Shown here in pieces: positions 13,788-25,110 of a stretch of 64,000 nucleotides of DNA. Origin of the DNA: Camelus dromedarius (taxonomy: Eukaryota); NCBI RefSeq assembly GCF_036321535.1, contig NC_087437.1:35528001-35592000 (forward strand). Reading direction: 5' to 3'. Numbering within the stretch: the stretch's first letter is position 1; every line of letters starts with the position of its first letter. The notes under the pieces are model-generated. The model was not told the DNA's origin. It saw only the letters and a list, made by a program, of their open reading frames with translations, and made no database searches. The position numbers and the translations under genes are program-made.

Positions 13788-15554
13788 TGGGTACAAGTTT
13801 TAACAAATAAATCCCTACAGAGATTTAATTAATAAATATAATCTCTATACTTGCTTATAAGTAATATATATATAAAAGTAGAAATTGTATTTTTGGTCCA
13901 CTAAGAGTCAAGTGTAGGGTTGTGATAGATTTTAGTAAACACTATTTTAATTCATTGAAATGCTATTAGCTTAGTAAGTATTGTTTCTTCAAATATTTGT
14001 CAAGTGGTACAGCAATGAAAAAATTGTCCAGCCTGATCCATGGTGATAATTGAACCCTGAGTATCTGTGTATGGGAGATACGATGGGTTTCAAATGTTCA
14101 TTTATTTATGTGGAATTTATTTTTGTGTGTTTTGGCAAGACTGATTACAGTGTTCATATAACTCAAACTGTCATGGATGTAAAAGGCAATGCCAATTGAC
14201 ATTCTGACAAGCTATTTGCAGCCCTCCAATCTTGAAGTCAGACTCAACTGCATAATTACTCTAAAGATTAGATTATTTTAAAAGCAGACTTACCAGTCAA
14301 TCAATACACTAAAAACTACCTCTGATTTTCATATAGTGCAAAATGAAAAGCTTATTAAATAACTGATATATACCCATAAAGTGGAAGGCAGAATGTCTGT
14401 TTCAGAACATTTAACCTCTTTTTCAGATAGGTAACGGGGACAATAACTGTTTGTCATGGCTGGATGCCACTGGCATGCAGTCTTTCCAGGTTAATTATTG
14501 AATGATATGCAGCCCTTCAGTAATTTGACAGTGCTTCATTATGAAAGTTTCAAGTAGGCAGATGTTTCCCTGAAGGAATCAGAGAAATGCAGTGACAGCT
14601 TCATTGTAGACTGACAAGAACTCGGATCTGTTCTTTAGATGAAATTGCTAGATGAGCTGAAATGTTAGCAGCTTAGTTTCTTGAGTGTAATATTGACAAT
14701 CTATCAGTTGATGGACATAAAAAGGATTAATGGAGTGTCACTAATCTTTCTATTAATTACAACCTCAAAACATCACCACCTTAAAAATTTCCCCCAACAA
14801 GCGTTCCAGAGCTAACACATTGAAAAGAGAAGAGAATGTAACATAAAATATACAGCATTAGTTTAAGTACTTTTAAGAATATACAGGATTTCCCTAGCAG
14901 TAGGTTCTAACTGTATTGCCACTTGGTAATATCATTATTACCATCAGCTGTTTGCCAGTAGCTACAGGTATAATTTTTTTAACTGCTACTGGACTCAAGC
15001 CTACTCAGCTTAGTGTGCTTGGCTCTGACACCTCTGACTTTCTTAAAACACAAGGCTTTCCAATTTCCAAGAATGTTTATGGTATCAGTAATTTGAAACA
15101 GGTGTTTAAGCCTCACGCCTCTGCTGTGCAACAGAAGGTTTATATAGTTTTCATTATATGTTGAGACAGACCATGACACTTAGAATGACCATCTGTCAGC
15201 AAATGAAGGCTGTGTGCTGAATGTAAGATAGATAGGATTTTTCACTGCAGACTCCTTTGAAAGTAATGGGGATGCATTCTCCAGCCTTCTGAATCTTCAC
15301 TTCTTGTTTTGGATGAAACCAAAAGTATTTTTGTTCCTCTTCTCACAGAAATGGCACCAATGAGCAATCATTAATATACTGTAGAGCATTTCTGCTTGGT
15401 TTGTTTGGTTTAAAAAATCGTGAGCCCCTAACTTGATAGAGCATTTAGCCAGTGGATTTCCCCCAGAGGAGTACTTTTTAGCCTATATGTTTTTGTTTTC
15501 CAGCACTAAGAGCCGAGATCTTAAGTACTAGTTCTTTGCAAAAATCTAGGCTGT

Positions 15555-15878
15555 TGAGTCAGCTGCCAACTCAAATGCCCACAGAGACCAGGAAGGGAAC
15601 GTGAATCCATGAATCTGGCAGGACAGCAGTTGTGGCAACGAGAGAGAGCGGCCCCAGTCAGGAGGGGGCAGTTGTTAGATCTGCTGACAACTACTGTGTA
15701 GAAATGCAGGCCCAGCACAATCAGATCTACTCATCACACAGAATAAACTGGAAATCTGGATTTTTACATGCAGTCTCCTAATACTGAAGTATTGGCATAG
15801 CATTAACAAAATTAAGATAGTGTAGGCCAAACAGATAAATGTGCAGACTTGGTCTGCCAGGTTTGAACCGACTGCTTA
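15555..15878. mobile_element. MER103C-like hAT-Charlie element
   Basis: aactcaaatgccc, agggggcagttg, atgcaggcccag, ctggaaatctggatttttacatg and gtaggccaaaca match the reverse complement of the recalled MER103C consensus. Confidence 0.7.
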
Positions 15879-16189
15879 GACTACAAATCTGATTCAGGGA
15901 GAGCTTCCTTTGGAATGAATAAGATATTCTGCCCTTGGGTCTTACACACATGATTTCTTATGGCAGTGTTTCCAGCTAGATACTATGTTGTCAGTACCTC
16001 GATAAGGATGGTGGTGGTGATGCTGATAACGTTTGGAAATATTGGTAGTCAATCATTTGATGGGCATGGGAGGGAATAATAGTAGAGTGTCTTCTTGTTG
16101 CCTGGCGGGTAGAGTCTGAGGTCATGTTCATGTTCACTGTCTTAGACTTTCACATTGTAGCCTATTAAGTGCCTATGTGTTAGTAACTG

Positions 16190-16830
16190 TTCCATTTATT
16201 CGACAAATATTTACTGAGTGCCTGCTATGAACTGAGCATTATTTTATAAACTAAAGATGTAACAGTGAGAAAAAAAATCAATAATCTTTGTCCTTCTGAT
16301 GGGGCTGTGGGTGACAGTTGGCAAAAGAAAGTATTTAGTATGTTATAGTGACAAGGACTATGGAGAAAATCAAGCAGAGAAGGATGTGAGGAGTACAGGA
16401 GAGGGAGGAAGTTATAAGTAAAAAGATGATGCCATTTGGGGTACGTAACTGAGTTGGGGAGTTGCCACTGCTGAGGTAGGAAAAGATCAAAGGAGAAGTG
16501 GATTTGAAGATGAAGATCCCGAACTCAGCTTTGGATACGTTACATGTTGGATGTCTATTGGACACTCAATGGAGATGTCAACTAGACAGTTGGACTCCAT
16601 GGGAAATGGCCATGCTGGGTTTAAAAACTTGAGAGTGACCAGATGGCATTTAAAACCAAGGGATGGTAGGGAAATGAATGTAGATAGAAAGGAGAGGAAT
16701 TCCAAGAACTGAGTCTTGTAGTATTTACGATGACTTGGCCGTCATGAGATAAAACAGAACCAGCCAACCAGACTGAGAAAGAATGACCAGTTGAGGTAGG
16801 AGGAAACCTACAGCATTTGGAATAAAGTGT
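16190..16830 (-). mobile_element. L2 LINE 3' region
   Basis: catttattcgacaaatatttactgagtgcctgctatg (antisense L2 3' end); ggacactcaatggagatgtca; ccagccaaccagactgagaaagaatgaccag. Confidence 0.8.
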
Positions 16831-16964
16831 GAAAACCACTTGGGGGCACTTGATAAAATTCAGTCTGACACTCTGCCACCAAAACAAACCCCCTTTTTTT
16901 CCTTGCTCCCCACCTCCCTCTCCTGCTCTCTCCTGTTTATCCATCTCTGTCTCTCCCTTTCTCT

Positions 16965-16995
16965 GAGTCTGTCCTTCTCTCTCTCTCTCTCTCTC
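16965..16995. repeat. (CT)n microsatellite
   Basis: tctctctctctctctctc run within a pyrimidine tract. Confidence 0.85.
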
Positions 16996-19257
16996 ATTCA
17001 GCTGGTCTAGGTGGGGCCCAGTGACCAGGTTATTCCAATGCAGGTAGGTATCCATGAACCACACTTTATCAAACATCAAATTAGGTGAACGATTCTGGGG
17101 GGTCTGATGGCTGGTCCAGATGTTTCAGTGAGCTGAAGGAGAGGTGAGGGAGCTAAAACTCAGGAGAAAAGGACTTACAAGGCAGTGATTACCAAAGCCA
17201 GGCAGAGTCAATGGTGTGACTGATTTGAGGGAACTGATTTAGTTGGGCCTTTATTTATACCCGGTATTGGAAGGCAGCTTAGTCTATGGGTGAGGGTTAA
17301 GTAGTTGTCCACGCCAAGTTAGAGCCCATAGGACTGGGAGTCGTGCAGATGATGCTAGAGAATTTGTCTGCCAAATCAATAGAAAACCAATCACAAATCA
17401 ATGGAAAAACAATCAAACTGTGTGTTCTACCAGCTCAACAATCTGCCCAAACTAGCTGATACATCTACGGGGTCGTATGAAGGGGACATTGAACCTTTTT
17501 CATCAATGCTGCCCAGCATTGTGGCCAACACTTTGCAGGCCCAGAGTCAGCACTTGTCAAGTGCATGAAGGTGGACTCAGGCAAACAAAAATAGACACAG
17601 GAGGCATTTGTAGGGATAGCTCACTCTCAAATACTTCTAGGCTATTTTGTTTACATTTCATAAATTCTTTGTTTTTTCTATGAAGCCTAGATATAGTGAG
17701 ACTTTCTATCCTGGAAGAGCACTGCAATCTGATTTTTAGCTGTGATGTTTAAAGTTGTCAATAACTCTACAAACATGGTTAGTTAGTGGGGCAGTGTCAA
17801 CTCCAATAGCAAATCCTTGACAGCTCTTTGATTATAACTGGCTTCTCCATCCACTTCAGTGTCACCTTGGGCTAGGAGCTGCTTAGCCTGAGGCAGGGGA
17901 AACTTTGGGAGAAGAAAAAAAACATTTTTAATAAGCTTGATGTTCCTCCCACACAATCTGCTCAGATTGGATATTTTGTAATTCTAAAACAGAAACAGTT
18001 TTTTCTCAGCTTTAGGCCTTATACATAATTTGCAGTTCTGAGCCTCTTCTAGGCATCTTGTGAAATAATGACACAGTTTTGACTTTCTTGCTTAGAGGAT
18101 CTAGTTCAGTGCATAGAACAACTCTGTTCTACTTCTGTTTCCCAGCAGAGCTTCTTCCAATTCATGTAGGGGAGAAAGGTGTTCTCTCTGGCTATCTTCC
18201 CTTCTTGGAGACTTCCTTCAGAAGATTTCCCTTCAAAGGTTTGACAGATCATTTTCCTAATTACAAAATGAAGACTTTGGTAGAAGACACTAGATGCTAT
18301 ATCCCAAGTTCTTCTGCTTTTCTCTCTAATGGTGTACTGTCTTGACTATAATTTTAATTTTGTCCTTTACTTAACAGAGGCCCTCCATAACTACATTTTC
18401 ATTTTCTGTATCCCTGAAGTTACAACATTTTCTAGAGAAGCAATAGTTACTGTAACCAGAAATTATTTAGTATGAACTGATGATGTATGAAAATTAGTCT
18501 ACACTCAAATGTCCCTATTTGTTCAATGCTAGTGTGTCTGGCCCATTGTTCCAGCATCTTTGAGGGCCAATCTCTTGTTGCAACTTAGGGCAATACAACA
18601 ACAAATGAAAACTAAATGATTATAAAGTATAATTACAATTTTTTAAAAAAGAGTTCTAGATGAAGCACATGAAAGTGGTACTGGCAAACTGCTTAAACCA
18701 AAACAAAGCAATTGACAAGCAAGGGAGTTAAAACTAGATACCAATAAGATAGAAAATTGACAAGGATGAGAACCAGATAACTTATTTTAAAAGGGAATGA
18801 TTTGACTTTGAAAAGATGATAAAGAGGCCCTTGAGAAAATTAATGAAGCCCTTGAATGCATCTGTGAAACTGACTTTTATTATTGTGCTGTGAAAGTTGC
18901 ATGTGAAGAGAAGTTGTGTGGTACTCCCAATTTAACCAAATTGGTCCATTCTTAGTTCATTTTAAGAATCCAGGATAGTTTCAATTATACACATCTTTTA
19001 AAACACAAGATAAAAACTAACATAGTGTTTTCAGCTTCATTTGTTCAATATAAAATCTGCATTAAACATATAAAAATAGTTATTGTGAAATTTTGGTTTT
19101 TCATTTTCTATAGATTCACTTGAAGTGACCTTTCTCAGGTACAATCATCCCTAGGAAACAGACTTCCTGTGTTTGTTGCCCTGATTTCACGATTCTGCTG
19201 TCCATCAGGGTAGATCACCCTTCCTACCCTCCCTCTTTCTCTTTCATCCTTATCACA

Positions 19258-19333
19258 CAAGTAGAATCAATTTTAATAATGTATTTTATTTAACCCAATA
19301 TATCCAAAATGTTATAATTTTAAAAATTTACAC
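19258..19333. mobile_element. MER33-like hAT MITE, left part (interrupted)
   Basis: aattttaataatgtattttatttaacccaatatatccaaaatgttat matches the MER33 internal consensus, which resumes at ~20160. Confidence 0.8.
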
Positions 19334-19742
19334 TTTTTTTTTTTTAGGGATCAGAAGCCAGAGAGCTCTCTGGTCTCCCTCAGACATGTGACTAGGTGGT
19401 TGGGAAAGGGGTCCATGGACCGTCTGCTGCTAGGAGTGGGGACAAGCTGAGTTAGTAACAGCATGTGTGAAAGGGGAATCAGGAGAGGTCAAAGTGCTTC
19501 CCTAGATGTGCTCGCTCTGGGTACAAAAAAGCTCCTGCCATGGCTGAAGGAGGTGGCGGGGTCCTGGGAACTGTGTCATGTTTGTGTGTGCACATTGGCA
19601 CTGTGTTTAAGACCCGGAGAAGTAGTAAGGTCAAGAAATCTCTTTAACGCAGCCTTTCTAAAAGGTGTTTTCCTTTAGAAAACAGCTCCTCTTGCATCTG
19701 CTTACTATTTGTTGGATTCTCTCTCTTCACACGCTGCTAAGC

Positions 19743-20155
19743 TTTTTTTTGGAGGAGGGGGCGGGGATCTGATCTTATTTGTTTCTCTTAGAACAATCCT
19801 GTTTTTGAGTGGATTTAGACTTATAGGTAGAAGCTCTCAGAGAGGACAAGCTTTGTGCCTTTGCGATCTGTTTCTGGCGTTTTTCTTTGGCCTCCTTCAT
19901 TCTCTTGGCCAAAAGTTAATTTTGTAGCCTCTTCCTTATTTTCCTTTGTACACATTTCTTCAGAGCAGTATGCTGCTGTTTTGTGTTGGAGGACACCCTT
20001 AGTGACAAGACACTGAACCCTGGGCACTCAGCTTTCTGACCTTCTTTGTTGAGGGCTCTCTTGCAGCACACTGCCAGGCAGCAGCATCTTGAGAGAGAGT
20101 GGAAGTCTGGATGCTGCTAGCTCTTGGGGCCTCAGATTAGGAGGCACTGGAATGT
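19743..20155 (-). pseudogene. RPS6: 5'-truncated processed pseudogene of 40S ribosomal protein S6 (C-terminal coding part, 3' UTR, poly(A) remnant)
   Basis: The minus strand gives cagtgcctc...agagctagcag (VP..RAS), gtcctccaacacaaa (VLQHK), aaaataaggaagaggct (NKEEA), cttttggccaagagaatgaaggaggccaaagaaaaacgccag ([14 protein letters not shown]), tcctctctgagagcttctacc (SSLRAST), the RPS6 3' UTR aaataagatcaga, and an A8 tract at 19743-19750. No intron; several frameshifts; stop codon altered. Confidence 0.93.
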
Positions 20156-20159
20156 GTCA

Positions 20160-20300
20160 TCAATGGGAAAATTGTTAAAGATATTTTACATTCTGAAATC
20201 TGGTGTGTGTGTTAGGCTTAGAGCACATCTCAGTTTGGACTAGACACATTCTAAGTGTCCAACAGCTTGGTGTTCAATGTCACACTGGCATCAGTGTAGA
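20160..20300. mobile_element. MER33-like hAT MITE, right part
   Basis: agatattttacattctgaaatctggtgtgt...agcacatctcagtttggactagacacattctaagtg continues the MER33 consensus. Confidence 0.8.
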
Positions 20301-20479
20301 CATAAGGGATGTTCTGGAAAGCAGAGATGGTGGCAGCAGTGGAAGTGATGTAGAGCCTTTGCATGAGTCCAATCAAAGAGAAGATGAGCCTTTGAACTAA
20401 ATAAAGCTAAGGCAGTGGGGATAGTAAGCAGGTGACAGAATTGATGGGAGTTTAGAGGAGAGTGAAATGTAATAAAGAA

Positions 20480-20720
20480 AAACCTGGGCTCTGGAGCCCA
20501 GACATGCTGCTTAGAATCTTGGCTTTATCTTATCACAGCTGTGTTTCATTGCAAGTTACTCAATCCATACATGCATCATGGGGTCATACTTAAAATGAGG
20601 ACAATAATGGTAATGTGTTTACAAAGTAGGGAGGTTGTGAGGATTAAATGGGTTAATAAACTTAAAACTCTTTGGTGGCTAACTGGCACCTTTTAAGCAT
20701 TCAATGAATGTTAGTTATTG
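20480..20720 (+). mobile_element. MIR SINE
   Basis: ggctctggagcccagac...gcaagttactcaa...taaaatgaggacaataat...gttgtgaggattaaatg...tcaatgaatgttagttatt. Confidence 0.8.
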
Positions 20721-21009
20721 TGGTTTCATAAAACAAGATTTGCTGATGAACTGGATGTGGCCAGTGAGGTTGAGACAGGGGTCAAGAACACCTCCGAAGC
20801 CTAGACTTGTTTTCTTGTTAAAATATCCAAGGCATGGCTTCATGACAATCCTTGACAGAAGTTTTAAACCAGTGCTCCATGGTCCTGCTTAGTAAATGGG
20901 TCCTGATGACCAACCACCAATTCCTCTCTCCTCCCAGGACCTTAGTCTCTGCTCATCTGTCTGCTGCAAGCACGCCCCCACTTCTTTACATTGTTGGCAT
21001 ATGGCCTGT

Positions 21010-21272
21010 TCTCTGGTCTCAGCTCAGAGTCTCAAGATTTCAAGGGGTCTTTCTTGATCAACCTGCTTTATCTTAGCTGCTTCCATACCTCTTGTCATAC
21101 TCCATGACTATCTTGCCTTGTTATTTATTATCTGTCTCCCCCACTAGTTATAAGATCTATGAGATTTATGATAGCCTGTCTGTACTGTTTGTCACTGCAT
21201 CTCCACCGCCTAGGAACAGTCCCTGGCACAAAACTGATGGTCTAAAATGATGCATTCAAAGAATGAATAAAT
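21010..21272 (+). mobile_element. L2 LINE 3' end
   Basis: tctgtctcccccactag...gtcactgcatctccaccgcctaggaacagtccctggcaca...gaatgaataaat. Confidence 0.7.
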
Positions 21273-22936
21273 GTTTAATTTTCTATGCTTTGGAAGGGTA
21301 AGGAAGAGAATGAATACTAAAACTCCAAAGGCAACTGGTAGAGGATAGGAATGAGGGGAAAGTCTTCTTACTCTGACTTATTATTTGAACATAATTTTTT
21401 CTTGTTTTATTTGAAGTACTGGTTCTGAGGAGAATACATTTATCACCCTTGTGGTTAAGGTGCATACTATCTCAACCCTATTCATCATGTAAGATCATGA
21501 AGCCGTACACCGTTACTACTAGAAGCACATGTAGACCAAAATTCGTGTTGTCCAAACATCTCTTTTCTACTTCTGAAACTAAATTCTAAAGGAGCAGAGT
21601 TGAACCACAAGGCATAGAGTAAATTAGAGTCAGGGATGGTAAATTTCAAATTCAGATCTCTGGACTCCCAAAGCATGTGTTATTTATACTGTTATCATAC
21701 TGACATTTGTGTATGTTCATGTTTGTGTGTGTGTGTTGTATGAATATGTATTCAGGTACATGTAATAATGAGGTATGTTAATATGGAACTGTTACTATAT
21801 TTATATTTGATGCTAATTTTGTAAGCCATTGCAATGAATGTAGAAGTTTTTTTCAAATTCTTGTTCAAAGTGAAATTTTGCAATTTGAATGTTGCTTAAC
21901 ATAAGGAAGCCATTTATTTAGGTTGCTTAAGCTAATTTTTATTACCTAGGCATGTTTTTTCAGTAATAGTGTTTGTTAAAATATATTTGACTAGTATTAT
22001 TTTATTTGATTAAATTGATGAGTTCAGATAAATTTACTAGATTGGCTCTAGGAAACATCTAAGTTTTCACTGGAAGCTATTCCCAACTTAAATTCTATTT
22101 CAGAAAACATAATTAAGAGTGTAAATAATTTGTGGCTCAAGTTCTGAGCTTCTTTTTCTCTTTTATCTACCTTAGTCACTGTTTCATTTTGGAGTCCTTT
22201 GGGGAATCAATTGTCTAGTCCCTCTAGATAGTTTTTATCTCAGGGTAGGTAAGAGTTAGGTTCAGCAGGCTTATTCCAGGTCAAATGGCTTTGAAATGAA
22301 CTAGTGATCTGAAGACTGGTTAAGCAATTTGCAGTTTTGGCCCAAACCTGCCTTTCCACCTGTAACCACTAGAGGTTTTGAATCATTTCTGAAGTGCTCT
22401 TTCTGAAAACTGTTTCCACTGATGATGCCCTACAGTTGAAAGAGTTGATTAGCTTTTGTTATTCATGATCACAGAAACTAGAAATGTAAAGAAGCTAGAA
22501 ATAGTCATGGAAGCCTGTTAAACTGATTAATCTCATTGTTATAACTTGTGTTAGAAGATACACTTTTTTATTTCTTTTTCTTTCCAATGCAGGATTGTTG
22601 GTGAAATATTTTCTTGTTTATTTACTCATTTTTTATGTTAAGCCCACCCTTTAATTTGCTCACGCTAGCTGCCACCTTTTTCTGATTTTCAATCTGTTTC
22701 AAGTGTGACGTGATCTTAATTAATTGAAGCAACAGAAAATTTCCAGATGATAAACTGTGCTAGTTATTGAGTAGATGTGACATAGAAACAGGGAATCAAC
22801 AAACAATGAGCACGTTAAGAGTGATGTATTCATATATTACCGTAAACATTCAGTGGGAGAGATTTGCTTCCAAAAACAATGGATAAAAAAGGAGGTAATG
22901 ATGGCAAACTTTATGGAGGAGATGGTTGTATGGGAC

Positions 22937-23465
22937 TTAAACTTCTCCAAAAGGGGAAGGGAAAAGACCCCAGGTCTTGTCATACCCAGAATATAAGAAT
23001 TCAGATGGGAGACAGGCATTGTGTAATGGAAGATTTTAAAGGTTTTTTAGCAAAGGGAAAGTACATCTCTAAGAACAGGAGGAAGGCTGATCCAAGAGAG
23101 GAAAAGTGGCAGTCTTTGTCCCTTCTCTTATACCTTTCCTTAGAGTGGGTGTCTTGATTGATTGACGGCTCTTGCCTCTGGAGTGCTTAGTCATGTTTGC
23201 CCCCTTTTATACATGTCCTTACCCGTGATGCACACAGAAAAACCCATAGTGGGAGCTTAAATTACAATGTTAATTATATTACAGTGAGCATCGGGTCATG
23301 TCCAGTTAGGAGGTCTTTGTCACTACCAAGCAGTTGAAGCTGGCACTCATTTAGAGGAAGTAAAGCCTTTTTATGCTGGAGGTGGGCACAGTGCCATCTT
23401 TGGGACCATCCTCCCTCTTCTCCACCTCATCTGCCTGGTGCCTCCACTTATCTAACTACCTAACA
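22937..23465 (-). mobile_element. ERV1-class solo LTR inserted in an L2 fragment
   Basis: Ends ...tatctaactacctaaca; perfect 4-bp TSD ggac at 22933-22936 and 23466-23469. The flanks rejoin as antisense L2 (ggaggagatgg...ggac|tttgaaggattagcagag). Confidence 0.75.
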
Positions 23466-24289
23466 GGACTTTGAAGGATTAGCAGAGTCTCACCAGGCAA
23501 AGTAGACTCTCATGAGTGGATAGATCAAAACAGTGAAAAGAAGACTTGAGGTAGGAAATATTGTTAAACTCAACTAATGGATCAAGTCCTGTTGGCTCAT
23601 ATTATAGAGTAGAAGATAAGGATCAAGGTGAGGTGAGTCTGGAAAGAGACTGGAAGCTGGTAGTGAGGTACTTGAGAATCACATCCTTGGACATTATTTA
23701 GTGGGTGGTTGAAAGCCAATATACTGTGGGCTGATCTGCTCTGTTATTTATGGTGCTGCTCCATTTACCTGACAGGTCCTTATGCTTCTATCTTGCTTAG
23801 AGGATTTCAGAAGTATAAATATCTCTTAATAATGACTGGGGAAAAGATTAGAAGGAAAGACAGAGGTTATATCAAGCTTATACAGGAATTTACATCTAGC
23901 CTTGTCCCTAATTTGATTATTTGGTTTATATAGACTGAGCATTTCGGTTGGACCAAGAAGATAAATTTGATAGGAATAAATATGCCCCCTTGTATTTAGT
24001 TCATAAAAATCAATTTTTTATGAACCTTATAATTCAACCTTCAGAGAAGATGGGACATTAACAAATGAGTACTATATTTATAAATTATTAGATGAAAAAA
24101 ATCTCAAAATTCATTTTTAAAACTTCATTTATACATATTTACATATAATTATAGTGATAGGTGTAGGTAAAAGTGTAGAATTCCTTAATGCCCAACTTAT
24201 AGTGAACTGACCTTGTTGATTTAGTCATGCCTGCTGAAGAAGAGAGGTCTGTGGATCATGAAGAAGAAAACTATTTTTTTTTTTTACAT

Positions 24290-24560
24290 GTGTAAAGACC
24301 TAAGTTTTGAATTCTGATTGGCTTTAGGTGTGTAATTTGAAGTGAGACTACCCTGAGTCTGTTTCCTCTGAGGATGCCCTATAGTTGAAAGAGTTGATTA
24401 GCTTTTGTTGTGTTGTTATTCATGATCACAGAAATAAGAAATGTAAATCTTCATGACGTAGAAATGGTTATGGAAGCCTGTTTGTAAAATATTTTTGCTA
24501 CTCTCCCTCAGAGGTTTTTTGGGAGAATCTAGAGCTCATGAAAACATTTATATACTACAA
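24290..24560 (+). mobile_element. MIR SINE interrupted by a local sequence copy
   Basis: agacctaagttttgaattctga...ctgagtctgtttcctc | insertion | tttgtaaaat...ccctcagaggtttttt. Confidence 0.6.
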
Positions 24561-24732
24561 TGCTTAAAAATGTACAAGGTTTTCTGATAAGAGGCCTTTT
24601 GTGGTTTTCCTTTGGACCCTCTTTTAGCTTTGGGCAGTCAGAAATGCTACTGAGGTCAGATTACTGAATCCATAGTTGACCTTTTGTGAATGTCTCTTCC
24701 CTCACTGTCAATGTTGCTTGCAAATAAATACA

Positions 24733-24880
24733 TAGTGGTTCTCAAAATGGGGTTCAGGATTACTTACACAGCAAAAATCCATAATGATGGTAAAAAAAAA
24801 AAACCACACAAATTCCTTTGTACTTGCTGAATCAGAATTTCTGGGGGTAGGACCCAGCGATCTGTTTTCAACAAGCTATC
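24733..24880. mobile_element. MER5A-like MITE (partial)
   Basis: agtggttctcaaa...ctgaatcagaatttctgggggtaggacccagcgatctgttttcaacaagc. Confidence 0.7.
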
Positions 24881-25110
24881 TAATGGTTCTCAACTGGGGA
24901 TAAGGTTGTCCCCACACTTTAGGGGATATTTGGCAACATTTGCAGACTTTTTTTGGTTGTCACAACTGGGGCAGGGGATAAGTGCTACTGGCATTTGTGG
25001 GCAAAGGACAGGGATGTTGCTGTCCATCCTACAATGTACAGGAGAGAGCTCCATGACAAAGAATTATCCAGCCCAAACTGTCAGTAGCGCTGAGGTTGAG
25101 GGATCTTGTT
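24881..25110. mobile_element. MER20 hAT-Charlie MITE
   Basis: tggttctcaactgggg...tttggttgtcacaactgggg...tgctactggcat...catcctacaatgtacagg...aaagaattatccagcccaaa...gctgaggttgag. Confidence 0.9.

Noticed and set aside
15657..15672. CTCF-like motif tcaggagggggcag (also partial matches near 25961 and 36690)
   Set aside because: Mismatches at core positions; two of the three lie inside old DNA transposons; no independent support.
16621..17079. Longest ORF (152 aa, minus strand)
   Set aside because: It runs through an L2 fragment and a (CT)n/(GA)n tract (EREREREG); compositional artefact.
11130..17460. Possible ancient LTR remnants at ~11130-11470 and ~17000-17460
   Set aside because: The composition is suggestive, but I cannot identify termini, a TSD or a family.
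19358..19373. 16-bp perfect palindrome ccagagagctctctgg near the second poly(A)
   Set aside because: Short and low-complexity; no evidence of function beyond lying in the RPS6-linked insert.
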